Assembly: GCA_013239625.1 (NCBI GenBank)
Contig: MU054001.1
Span: 3,106,151-3,170,150, forward strand
Reading direction: 5' to 3'
DNA length: 64,000 nt
From: Lama guanicoe
Lineage: Eukaryota
Position numbers and translations under genes: made by a program. Under the pieces are notes generated by a model that saw only the letters and a program-made list of their open reading frames with translations, had not been told where the DNA came from and did not search any database. Shown one piece after another: positions 14,000 to 25,940 of this stretch; the stretch's first letter is position 1, and each line of letters begins with the position of its first letter.

Positions 14000-14330
14000 T
14001 AATAAGAATTCTCATTGTTTGAATCCGATGTCATTTTCCTTTAAATGAAAGAAATGCCACGTCAACTGTTATTGAGTGAATATTTTATGTTCCATTTATA
14101 ATGACCATATTTCATTGCTACAGCTCTAATTAAAGGTGATATCCGATTGCATGCATGTACTTTTTGAAAACCATAATTGTCTTGTGTAAGCCACTGAATA
14201 GATTTAAGAATCTTCAATAACAAAATTACATTAATAGCATATGCTATTAAATATGATTGATGGCAAAATTGGACCCCTCCTGGTTCTCTACCACACAAAA
14301 GCACACACTGCTTTTGAAGATGGCGCCTGG
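14000..14330. promoter_or_regulatory. Candidate developmental enhancer with a 20-bp palindrome and PBX-HOX type site
   Basis: No recognisable repeat. ttaatagcatatgctattaa (14231-14250), TGATTGATGG (14254-14263), several TAAT/TTTAT cores, YY1-like AAGATGGCG (14317-14325). Function is inferred. Confidence 0.45.
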
Positions 14331-15399
14331 AGTGTCAACAAGAGAGCCAGGGGAAATAGACTGGTCCCACCAAGACCTGCCTTTCCCCTAAAGAAAGGGC
14401 AATGTCTTGATAAGAAGAAAAGGCACCTCTAGCATTTGAGCCCCATGCTGAATGGGTTGATGGAAATTTACTTGGCTGGCTCTGTGTAGAAACGCTGCTC
14501 TCAGTAAGGGCCAGAGGAGCCCATGACAGAAGGACAGTTGGAGCTGGGCAGGATTTTTGAGAAGATCCCTTGCAGAGCACCATCTCCAATGAGAGCCATC
14601 CCTCTAGGAAAAAGTGCAAGCCAGTGGCAAGACTGCATTTAGTTGTACAAATCAGTAATCATGGAATGTTGCTTGTGCATGTGGCACAGCCCCTCTAAAG
14701 CCCATAGCCCTCAAGAGCTCCATCAGGGTAGAGACTCTGGTTATAGAACAGGGAAAAAATGAGAGGAGATAAAGAAAACAGATGTCAGATTCCAAGATCA
14801 GTGATGTGCACTGGAAACAAAATGATAAGGAATTGCAACAGAGAAGATAGAACAGGAAAATGTTTGCAGCTGACTTTTTTCTCATTTGATCCTGATTACA
14901 ATCCCCTGAAGGTAGAGATGAAGAAATGCAGGCTCAGGAACAGTAAGGAAACTTTAGACCCCAAATCTTATGCTCTTTCAACTCCAGCACATGCTGCCTC
15001 TCACAAGGTTAAAAGCATGAATGCCTCCCTACTATGCCTTGGATTTAATACACTGGTTCCTCTGATCCAATTTCTGGGTTTATAAAAAGAACTCTTTATT
15101 GGGAAGGACAACAGTTGCTAAACCATTTCAGTCTAACACTTCAGATTTGGTGATGGGCAAGTGGGATCCTGGCTTAGCAATCATGGAGCGTTGCTCAGAG
15201 TCTAGAGGAAGGAGATGGGAAGACAAGACATGATTCCAAAGACAGCACTAAACTTTCTCATTCTGATGACAGCATTTTCATTTTCTCTCGCTCTCCTCCT
15301 GTTTGGGTCTTGGTTGGGAGGACAGAGCATAAATGAAACTCCTGAGCCCTGGATCCGCCTACAGGATGGCCACTCTTACTGAAGTGATGAGAATAACGG

Positions 15400-15638
15400 T
15401 CACCAATAATTGGGTAGATCATCCTCAACATGTGCCAGGTGTCACACTAGATATTTTACAAACCTAATCTCATTGGCTTCTGCAGGAGGTAGGTACTATT
15501 ATTATTATTCTCTTTGGACAGCTGAGAAATCGGGGTTTCAGAAAGTTAAGCAACTTGCCCCAAATCTCCTAGGCTACTGTCAGAAGCAGCATTTAAACTC
15601 AGGACCAGCTGATTTTGAAGATTCTGTGCTTAACCACA
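15400..15638 (-). mobile_element. MIR SINE
   Basis: atgtgccaggt...cagaaagttaagcaacttgcccc...tgtgcttaaccac. Confidence 0.75.
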
Positions 15639-16164
15639 GAGCTGGATGGTCTAGAGCAAGATAGCTGAAACTTCTGGAAGAATGACCCATTTTTCCCAGC
15701 CAGACAGGTGGATGGACTTTGCCTGAAGGGGCAAATTTGTTAACCTGAAACTAGTCTCATAAATGTTTATTGAAGCAAGCTCATTAATTTTCATTATACT
15801 GGTTCTGAGATGGCCAGGAAGAAACAGTTCTCACAGTGGGAATAAGGCAGAAAGACTTAGAGAATGACTTAGAAAGTGAGATGACAGTTTTTCAGTTCCC
15901 ACCCTCCTCATCTTCCTGCTCAGATGGAAGGAACTAGAACCATCTTCTTTCCACCTTCACCAACATGATATTAAAGGCTCTGGCTTAATGCCCATCTGTT
16001 AGAGGCATGTGTCTCAGCCCTCCATCACCCAGATAGTGCCAATATAAACTAGAGCAGAGATGAGATTTCTTGGTCAATTAAGCATCCAAACTAGACAGTA
16101 AAACCACATCACTGATGGGTACTGATGAGGAGAGTGAGAAAACCCTGACTTACGGTAAAAGTTT

Positions 16165-16612
16165 TTCAACTTTACCAAGATACAATTGACAAATAAAAAT
16201 TGTATATATTTATGTTGTACAATGTGGTTAAAGGAATACATTATGATGATTTAATGTGTGTGTGTGTGTGTTTGTGTGTGTGTGTATAAAATATTGTGAG
16301 ATGATTACCACTGTCAAGTTAATTAACACATCCATCACTGCATGTAGCTCCCTTTTTTGTTGTGGTGAGAACACTTAAGATTTACTCTCTTAGCAAATTT
16401 CAAGTGTACAATACAGTATTATTAACTATAATCACCATGCTGTACATTAGATCCCCAGAATGTGTTCATCCTCTATCAGAAGGCTGGTACCTTTAACCAA
16501 CATCTCCCCACTTCCCCTACCTCTCCACACCAGCAACCACTGTTCTACTCTCTGATTCTATGCATTTGACTTAGATTTCACATATAAGTGAAATCATACA
16601 GTATTTGTCTCT
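16165..16612 (-). mobile_element. L1MA-type 3' end (L1MA9-like) with internal (TG)n
   Basis: aattgacaaataaaaattgtatatattt...gtgagaacacttaagatttactctcttagcaaatttcaagtgtacaatacagtattattaactata...atttcacatataagtgaaatcatacagtatttgtct. Confidence 0.85.
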
Positions 16613-16779
16613 CTTGTGGTATATTTTAAAGGAAGACAATGTGATTTACTCTAAAGAGAATTCTAATAACCAGTGCATATAAAATATATTTTATTTCACT
16701 AGCAATAAAATACATGCAAAATTTTAAAAGAATATATCATTTTTATCAAGAAAATTAGCCAAGATTTAAAAGAAATATA

Positions 16780-17100
16780 TATTGCACAGCAATAAAAAGG
16801 AACAAATTGCTGATACATGCAGTAACAAAGATGACTCTCAAATGTGTGACGTAAGTGAAAGACACTCAAAAGGCTACATATGGTACGATTTTGTTGATGT
16901 GACAATCTGGAAACAGCAAAACCAAAGTGACACAAAACGGGATGGGGTGGGGAGAGGAGCTGGATACATAGGAATATGGGAGAATGTTCTGTATTCTGAC
17001 AGTGGTGGTGATTTACCAACTATACACATCAGTTAAAATTTTGGAAACTTGACGTTAAAGGTGGTGATTTTTTCTGCAAGCAAATTATACTTTAACTTTA
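16780..17100 (+). mobile_element. L1MC/L1ME 3' UTR fragment
   Basis: cagcaataaaaaggaacaaattgctgatacatgc...taagtgaaagacactcaaaaggctacatatggtacgatt...aatgttctgtattctgacagtggtggtg. Confidence 0.75.
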
Positions 17101-18024
17101 AAATGGAGAAACTAGCATAATCTCAGTTTTGTAAGAAAAAGAAACTATTCTAGAAAGTCACACACAGACTTTCAACAGTTCTTACAAATGGTGGTAGTGA
17201 ATAGGTGTTCTTTATTTTCTTTTTTGATCTCCTGAGATTGTATACATTCTCATTAGAGTTAATATGTAATTTTGTTAATAGAGCCTGGAAAAATAAAATT
17301 ATTTTCATGTTCATTAAAAAGGAAGAGAGATAAGGCCGAGTGTTAGTGAGTGGATAATAAAACTAGCATTCCTGTACACCACTAGGAAAAGTTTATATTA
17401 ATGATATAGTAATATATCACAAAGGCACTGTAATATGTGTGCCTATTTTGGTATTGATAGTAGGAGAAATGAGAGTACTTGCACCTGGATATTCACTGAG
17501 TTGTTTACAATAGAGAAAATTCTGATGAAGTTTCAATGTCTAATATGATAGGAGGTTGATGAAATGAATTGATGCAGCAGTTCAGTAGTGATTATAATCA
17601 TAAACATTAGTCATGATTGTAATGTAGGTGATTTGATTTGGAAAGAGGTTCAATAACAAATATGCCCTTTCTTTATTCCCCATTCTCCTTTACTGTCTTC
17701 TGTTGCATTAACACTATCTTTGTTCATTTTTAAAAATTTCCTCACTTTGAAATTTATCAATTATGTTTTACTTTTTTAGTGATTTCCCTTAAAGAAAATT
17801 TACAGAGATGTAAGAATCTGGGTTGACCATTATTTTCCTCAGCCCTTTGAAGGTATCATTCCATGGTTTCTCTCTCTCTCTCATTTTTAGAAAATCCAAA
17901 ATAATTTTATTCATTTTTTTCAGATTTTTACTTCCATAAGGTGTTCAGAAAACATGCTAAGGTGACAAAATGTCTTGTTGATCACAACATGCAATGCTGC
18001 TTTGGTTTGCTTTGTTTAACAAAA

Positions 18025-18482
18025 TATTTTGTTTTGAAATCATTGTGAGATTGACATGAAGTTAGTATAAGAATAAAGAGCGATCACACGTACCTTTATC
18101 CAGGCTCTCATAGTGGTAACTTCTTGCAGATTGTAGCACAATTTCACATCCAAGATATTGATCTATATATCAAGATGCAGAACATTTCCATCAGCTCAAG
18201 GATCCCTTGTGTTGCCCTTTTTATAGCCACACCTGTGTCTTTCTTCTCTACTTCCTTTATAATCCTTATAACCATTCATCTATTTTCCATTGCTATACTT
18301 TTGTCGCTTAAGAATGTTATAGAAATAAAGTCATATAGTAGGTAGTCTTTTGAGATTGTTTTCCCTCAGCATAATTCTCTAGAGATTCATGCAAGTTGCT
18401 TTGTGTATTGATAGTTCCTTTTTCATTGCCGAGTAGTATTCCCTGGTACAGAGAGATCACAGTTGATTTAAGCACTCACCTG
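18025..18482 (-). mobile_element. L1MC/L1MD 3' fragment
   Basis: atcaagatgcagaacatttccatcagctcaaggatccctt...ctcagcataattctctagagattcatgcaagttg...attgccgagtagtattcc. Confidence 0.8.
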
Positions 18483-19664
18483 TAACTTTTAGGTTAATTC
18501 ATGATGATGCTTTCAAGCATGTGAAGTAACTCTAAATTATCTTTAAAAAGAATTCACAGATACTTTAGGAGAATTGCTTAATGAATTAACAAGAATATGT
18601 TCTAGTTAGTCTATTGATTTTGATTGGTCAGGGGATATTTCTGAAGGGTCTTCCATTCCAGCCAACATCTATTCAGTATCTATTAAATACCAAGCCCCAC
18701 AATAGGAGCCATGGGGGTTATTAAAGAAGGTGACCACAGAACCTTTCTTCTTATGGAATTCAACTAGGGAGATAAGACTTACAGTAACAATATGCCATAA
18801 AATGGTCTGTCCACATGAGGAAGACATACAACAAATTATGAAAAGGTCAGAAAAAGAACAAGCACTGTCATGTAAATGTTGTCAAAGAATGTTTGTTTAC
18901 AATGATGGCTGAGTTACCAAATTCTTTCTCTATTAATCAAGGTTAAACCCCACCTTGGAATGATATAGATGCTGAACTAAGGTAAAATAGATAGTTGAAG
19001 ATCTTCCCTATGTAATTACATAAATTGCAGAATGATTTCCAACTAAACTCAAAGTCTCTAGTTAGCATGTCTTTGGATGCAAGTGAAGCAGTTATCAAAT
19101 TTGAAGAAATATTCCTTAGGGTGGTGTATTCATTAAATGTGTAACTTTGTCAGAGCACCACCACATTACCGATTTTTTTTTTTTTTACAGTCAAGTGGTG
19201 AGAAAAGTACCTTTGGAATAGTTACTCATTCACAACGTATGAAGTGAAAATTGCACGTGTTCTCAAATCTTTACACATTTCTCTGACTGATCATTGGTTC
19301 CTTAGAATGCTGGAGATTTGTGTGAAGCACGCCTGCAGGCTACATATGTTAAAAGTTAACAGGAAAATGTGTACCAGAAATCAAATGTAAGATTTTCTTC
19401 AATCAGTTCAATGGGACTGCTTATCTGGGTAGAATATTAGTAGCTTCTTTATAGCTGAATATGGACCAACCCCCAAGTGTTTGTGTGGAGAAGAATTACC
19501 TACAGAGCTGATCCCTTCTATGGTTGTTTGTGAATATAAATGACTATATTTTTATTTTGTCCACACTAATTACAGATAATTTGATTCTTTTTAAATAAAA
19601 TTGTTATTTTATTATTTTTAAAGTAGAATAGAATAAAAATTAAATCTATAGCAAGCTACATACA

Positions 19665-19775
19665 CTTTTGTACATCTGAAATTAACCCAACATTGTAAAT
19701 GAACTATACTTCAAATAATAAAATAAAAATAAATAAATTAAATAAATGTTTAAAAAGAAAAATAAAAAATAAATC
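19665..19775 (+). mobile_element. Very short L1 3' terminus with A-rich tail
   Basis: tgtacatctgaaattaacccaacattgtaaatgaactatacttcaa followed by an A-rich tail. Same terminus type as 58342-58550. Confidence 0.75.
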
Positions 19776-20204
19776 CAGCTAACATTGGTTGAGAACTAAA
19801 AAAAGTATGTAGAGTATATATATAAGAAGTTACATAACGGATGAATGTCCACCTAATATATAGGCAGAAATGTATTTTAAGTAAATTATCTTTGTATCAA
19901 AGAGATTTCCAAGCCCAAGCCAATAGCTGCCTGATTTGCAGCAGCTTTCACTACATCAGAAAACAGACAATAGGCAAAGCATCCTTCTGAAGGTCTGTGC
20001 AATGGAAGACGAGCTGTCAGCGACTTCTCTAATCAATTACCTTTGTTTGTTCAGCAAACCCAACGTGTACCTTCAGCGCTATCAACGCGGAAGCCAAGAC
20101 TGAAAGCAAAGGGACAGAAGAGCAAATAAGGAAAATCAAGTCTGAAAACCCACACCAGCCAAAATACAGAGAAATGATTCTTTAAAGAATTGATAATCTG
20201 GCAG

Positions 20205-20800
20205 GAGTGGCAATGGGTATAGTCTTGTCAAAGTGTAATTCATCTGAGCACATCTTTTAAAATTAAACGTGTGCTCACCCTATGTTATAGGAATTCGCTT
20301 CTCAATATTCATCCTAGAAAAACACATTTACACAAAGTGTGTACAAGAAATTCACTGCAAAAAACAAAAAAGTGCCCATCGATACAAGAATGGGATTAGC
20401 CATGATACATACACAGTAGTTAAATACAAAAGAAGTGAATCTGCATTTGTCAACATGGGATCTTCTTTAAGACACAAGGCTGAGTGGAAAAATAAAAACT
20501 GATTTCAGAATAATATATACAGCTGAACCTCTGTATGTTAAATCAATAGATCATAAAGCAATATGATTTATTTTCCATGAATGCATTATTTCTCCATATG
20601 CAAATCATGGAAGAAGATTTGAAAGTTGACATCCCAAAGTGATTGACTGTGATTGATTACCTGCGTGGAGGTAAGAGGAGCCCAGAATTGAAGGGAACAT
20701 GTTTTAAAGGGACACTGTACCTTTCTTTGTAAGGTTTTGATTATATCTATCATTCATTTTTATACATATATTGCATATGACATAAAGTTAAATAGATAAA
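20205..20800 (+). mobile_element. Degraded L1ME-like fragment
   Basis: Weak similarity to L1 ORF2 end/3' UTR (catcttttaaaattaaacgtgtgctcaccctatg...gaattcgcttctc). Confidence 0.45.
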
Positions 20801-21124
20801 AACCAGAAAACAATGTAATTCTGTGTGATTAAAGTTTAAACCCATCCAGTACACAGGTAGGATTTGCTCAAAGTTCTTTGAGTATCCTCTTTCTTGAACT
20901 GCTGTTATGATTCTGAACATCGCCAGTTCTTAGAAAGAGAAAACAGTCCTACAATAAAAGTCTCTTTCTATTTTTTTTTTTTTTGCCTGTGGAGGGGCAA
21001 AATCAAACTGTTCTGCAGAAATTAGGGTGGCTCCACTGATCTCTGCTTCTTTAGTATACCTTAGCTTTGAACCACCTCTATGTTGTATCATGCAACCCTT
21101 CATCACTTGCCTCAAATCTAATGT

Positions 21125-22961
21125 TTTTTTTAAATACATATTTTTATTGAAGTATATTCAATTTACAATGTTGTGTCAATTTCTGGTGTACAGCACAATG
21201 CTTCAGTCATATAGGAACATACATATATTTGTTTTCATATTCTTTTTCACCACAAGTTACTACAAGATATTGAATATAGTTCCCTGTGCTAGAAAGTATA
21301 AACTTATTGTTTATCAATTTTGTATATATTAGTTAGTATCTACAAATCTCAAACTCCCAATTTATCTCTTCCCACCCTCTTTCCCCACTGGTAACCATAA
21401 GTTTGTGTTCTATGTCTGTGAGTCTGTTTCTGTTTTGTAAATAAGTTTGTTTGCCTTTTTTTTTTTTTTAGATTCTACATATGAGTGATATATGGTATTT
21501 TTCTTTCTCTTTCTGGCTTACTTCACTTAGAATGGCATTATTTTATTATTTTTTATGGCTGAGTAGTATTCCATCATATCATAATAAATATACCACAACT
21601 TCTTTATCCAGTCATCAGTCAATGGACATTTAAGTTGTTTCCATGTCTTGGCTATTGTAAATAGTGCTGCTATGAACATTGGGGTGCATATCTCTTTTTG
21701 AATTAAGGTTCCATATGGATATATGACCAGGAGTGGGATTTCTGGATCATATGGTAAGTCTGTTTTTAGTTTTTTGAGGAATCATCATACTGTTTTCCAC
21801 AATGGCTGCATCAAACTGCATTCCCACCAACAGTGTAGGAGGGTTCCTTTTTCTCCACACCCTCTCCAGCGTTTATCATTTGTGGATTTTTTAATAATGG
21901 CCATTCTAACTGGTATGAGGTGATACCTCATTGTAGTTTTGATTTGCATTTCTCTGATAATTAGCAATATTGAGCATTTTTTCTTGTGCCTGTTGTCCAT
22001 TTGTATATCTTCATTGGAGAATTACTTGTTTAGGTCTTCTGCCCATTTTTGGATTGGGTTGTTTGTTTTTTTTCTTATTAAATTGTATGGGCTGTTTATA
22101 TATTCTGGAAATTAAGCCCTTGTCAGTCTCATCTTTTGCAAATATTTTCTCCCATTCCATACCTCGTCTTTTTGTTTCTATTATGGTTTTCTTTGCTGTG
22201 CAAAAGCTTGTAAGTTTAATTAGGTCCCATTTGTTTAGGTTGTTTGTTTTTTTTCTTATTAAATTGTATGGGCTGTTTATATATTCTGGAAATTAAGCCC
22301 TTGTCAGTCTCATCTTTTGCAAATATTTTCTCCCATTCCATACCTCGTCTTTTTGTTTCTATTATGGTTTTCTTTGCTGTGCAAAAGCTTGTAAGTTTAA
22401 TTAGGTCCCATTTGTTTATTTGTGCTTTTATTTCTATTGCTTGTGTAGACTGCCCTAGGAGAACATTGCTGACATTTATATCAGACAGTGTTTTGCCTAT
22501 GTTTTCTTCTAAGAGGTTTATAGTGTTTTGTCTTATGTTTAAGTCTTTAGGCCATTTTGAGTTTATTTCTGTATATGGTATGAGGGAGTGTTCTAACTTC
22601 ACTGGTTTACATGCAGCTGTCCAGCTTTCCCAATACCATTTGCTGAAGAGACTGTCTTTACTCCATTGTATGTTCTTGGCTCCTTTGTCAAAGATTAATT
22701 GACCAAAAATTTGTGATTTTATTTCTGTTCCATTGGTCCATATGTCTTTTTTGTACCTATACCATGCTGTTTTGATTACTGTAGCTCTATAGTATTGTCT
22801 GAAGTTTGAGAGGATTATTCCTCCAGCTTCATTCTTTTTTTTCAGTAATGCTTTGGCAATTCTGGGTCTTTTGTGATTCTACATACATTTTAGGATTATT
22901 TGTTCTAGTTCTGTGAAAAATGTCCTGGGTAATTTGGTAGGGATTGCATTAAATCTGTAGA
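21125..22961 (-). mobile_element. 5'-truncated, relatively young LINE-1 (cetartiodactyl, probably camelid type): 3' UTR plus ORF2 C-terminus
   Basis: T-rich tail at ~21125 and 3' UTR tttattgaagtatattcaatttacaatgttgtgtcaatttctggtgtacagcac. Minus-strand ORFs give L1 ORF2 peptides (MKLEHSLIPYTEINSKWPKDLNIR...[39 protein letters not shown]...[15 protein letters not shown]). Frame is broken. Confidence 0.95.
22057..22418. repeat. Exact 181-bp tandem duplication inside the L1
   Basis: 22057-22237 and 22238-22418 read identical (ggttgtttgttttttttcttatt...taggtcccatttgttta). Confidence 0.95.
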
Positions 22962-23149
22962 AGCATCTGTCAGTGTATTGAGATGGACCAGGCATGATGC
23001 ACAGGCCAAGCTAGCAAACAGTGTCAAGGAATGTCAGATAAACCAGAGGTCCATGGGCTGGGCTAGGAATTTTACAGTCCCTCCCATGGAAAATCTTGCC
23101 TGTGGATTACAGATGCACTGGCAAGAGACCCAAGTAAAATGTGAAATGG

Positions 23150-23395
23150 TCAGGAGCTACTGGAAAGAGCTCTCTTTCCCTTAGAGTTGCTGAAACTATT
23201 GGTGGCCACGTTGCTACTGCAAGGGAAGAGATGTCTGAAAATGGAACCAGACACAACATAAAAATGAGACATGGTAAAAAAAAAAAAAAACAGATTCTTA
23301 ATAGCACTGAACTGCTCTCTGGATCCAACCATACCTTAATGTAGAACACCCACGGACTTTTTAATTATGTAAGCCAATCATTTCCCTGTTAAAGT
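23150..23395 (+). mobile_element. Old MaLR LTR fragment (MLT1K/L-like)
   Basis: ctggatccaaccatacct...ggactttttaattatgtaagccaatcatttccc resembles the MLT1K/L 3' part. Confidence 0.55.
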
Positions 23396-23974
23396 AAATC
23401 CTTTCCCCCTAGATTTGCCCTGTCTAATACTTCCATCCTACTGAGGCCAGCTCATGGATCTCTGAGGGCTGATGAAAAGGAATAGTAGATGTGAGGGCCT
23501 CTCCTGCTTGCTTTGTTCTGAGTGGGCCTGGGCCAAGTTTTTTATCTCCAGGGATTGGAAGCATGTAAGACTTCTTTAGGGACCAGGTAGTTGTCAGAGT
23601 CAGAAGGGCTGTTCAAAGTGGGGCTTTATGAACAAAGCTGGGAAATGCCATTCTCAGAGAATCTAGCAAAACTAAGGTACATGGAGATTCAGCCCAGACA
23701 GATCTAGGAAGCCAAAGTACATGACTTTTTGCCTTGGTTTATATTTAATCCAAGAGGAGCTCAGCTCCTGCTTCCACAACCTTGGTTCATCTCCCCTGCT
23801 CAGTAAACGTCTTCTCTTACTCTTAGGTAGAACACATGCCAGTTTTAGAAAACATTTTCACTAACCACGTTGCATGTGATCTTCTCAGCTGCTTGTAAAG
23901 GAGCCTGGTAGGGAATGAGAATCTTCCTTTTACAAATAAAGAAACTGAGACCCAGTGGTTTTCTTAAGATCCCC

Positions 23975-24355
23975 GATTAAAACCCTTCCACGGCAACCAT
24001 CTCTATTTGAACAGCATCTACACACTTGTCCCTGGCCTCTTTGACCTTTTTCCATCTAGCCACTGTCTTTTCCTGCCCTGTCTCATCAGATATCTTTGTC
24101 CAGCCTCCCTGGAGAAGCAGCCTTTCCACTCCTCCTGCACCATCCTCAGCTGACTTATTGCCTTGGTGTTTAGCTCTTCTGATCTTTACCTGGCTGGTGC
24201 TCCCTCACGTCCCAGATCTCAACTCACATATTGTTTTCTCAAAGAAGCTTCCCCATAACCCTACCCAAAGTAGTTTCCTCCCATCACCCTGTATCATACC
24301 ACCTTTTTATTTCCTTTATAACTCTTACCATCATCTGAACATATCTCGTTCTTGC
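23975..24355 (+). mobile_element. L2 LINE fragment (resumes at ~25086-25190 after nested insertions)
   Basis: ttaaaacccttccacggc...cagatctcaactcacatattgttttctcaaagaagcttccc. Resumes as tttattgttctttcccc...aggttccatgagaaaagagatcttgtctg. Confidence 0.65.
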
Positions 24356-24361
24356 TTTTGC

Positions 24362-24608
24362 TATTTTTAAAATTGATATATAGTTGATTTACAATATTGT
24401 GTTAGTTTCTGGTGTACAGCATAGTGATTCAGTTAAATATATATGTATATATATATATGTTCTTTTTCTTATTATTTTTCATTATAAGTTACTACAAGGC
24501 ATTGAACGTAGTTCCCTGCGCTATGCAGTAGGACTTTGTTGCTTGTTTGTTTTATACATAGTAGTTTGTATCTGCTAATCCCAAACTCTTAATGTATCCC
24601 TCCTCCAG
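24362..24608 (-). mobile_element. Cetartiodactyl-type L1 3' end
   Basis: aattgatatatagttgatttacaatattgtgttagtttctggtgtacagcatagtgattcagtt...tgctaatcccaaactcttaat. Confidence 0.85.
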
Positions 24609-24624
24609 CCCATTTGTTGATTGG

Positions 24625-25080
24625 TGTGTTATCATGTTTCTACCAGAAAAAGAGACCCAGATAGTATGTGTGTGTATATATATGTATACACACCCCAGAA
24701 TAGATATATGTACTGGCGTATATGTACTTACAAACAAGGAGATTTATATCAGAGAATTAGCATATGTGATTGAGGGGGCTGGCAAGTCCAAAATCTGTAG
24801 GGTGGGCCAGCAGGCTAGAAACTCTCAGCTAACACTGTAGCCCACATTTTCTTCTTCCTCAGAGAAACATCAGTTTTGCTATTACAGCCCTTCAGCTGAT
24901 TAGATGAGGCCCACCTAGATTGTCAAAAATAATTTCCTTTAATTAAGGTCAACTGATTGTAGTTATTAACAACATCTACCAAATACTTTCACTGCAGCAC
25001 CTAGATTAGTGTTCAATTGAATAACTGCGTACTGTAACTGAGCCAAGTTGACACATGAAACTGGGGGCTCCACCACCACA
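24625..25080 (-). mobile_element. MLT2 (ERVL) solo LTR with intact 5-bp TSD
   Basis: TG...CA ends. ggctggcaagtccaaaatctgtaggg...ttcagctgattagatgaggcccacc...agccaagttgacacatgaaa. TSD attgg at 24620-24624 and 25081-25085. Confidence 0.9.
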
Positions 25081-25754
25081 ATTGGGTGCTTATTTATTGT
25101 TCTTTCCCCTTGGGAAAGTAGGTTCCATGAGAAAAGAGATCTTGTCTGTCTGATATCCTTAGTACCTTGTTGCATAAGTGAGTGAGTGACAGGCAGCCAG
25201 CTTCCTCCAGGAGGTCCAGATACACTCAGGGCGACCACAAGGGGATTGCTGGAGGGTTCCTGAGCAGCTGCCCACTGATCCCTAACTCAAAAGAAGCTGA
25301 GATTTGGTGCCAGGTCTCCAAATAGTTCATGGCAGTCACGTGGGCCCTCCTCTACCCTTGGTAACTTCTGGCACCTCTGCCCTCCCAGCTTTGGGTGCCT
25401 CAGCCTCGCTCAAGAAGTGATCCCAAGCCCAAATCAGAATTCCTCAGAAAGCAGCCTTTGAAGACATCAGGCTGTAGACCCATGTTCTCGCGGGGAGTAA
25501 AAGCACCTAGGACCACTCCTTAGATGGACCCCAGAGTAGCCACTCTTTCAAGCTGGGGCCCCTGGTAAACCCTTGGGTAGTGATAGGTCCCTGCTGGCAC
25601 AGCTCTGCGCCCTTCACAGCGGCAGTGGCACCAGTGAGCCACTTTGGGGACCCTCTCTCCAGTGAGAGGGGAGACTCTGTCCAGCTGGGGCAGGTATGAG
25701 TATCTTCACCATCTGCAATACACTTCTACTGCTATTATTACTGATTTAGATGTT

Positions 25755-25940
25755 ATTCATCTTGCCCAGTAGGATGTAAACACCTTGAGAAGAGGCATCT
25801 GGACTGTTTTGCTAAACATTCAATCACAGCTGGAGCAGTGCTTGCCTATAGTAGGCACTCAGTCAACATTTGAAGAGGGATAAGGGAAGGAAAGTAGGAA
25901 GGAGGGGAAGGAGGGAGGGAGGGAGGGAGGGAGGAAGGAA
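25755..25940 (+). mobile_element. L2 3' end with (GGAA/GGGA)n tail
   Basis: ggatgtaaacaccttgag...cagtgcttgcctatagtaggcactcagtcaacatttg, then a purine repeat. Confidence 0.7.

Noticed and set aside
21785..22602. ORFs with clear protein similarity
   Set aside because: They are fragments of L1 ORF2 in a 5'-truncated, frameshifted element, not a host gene.
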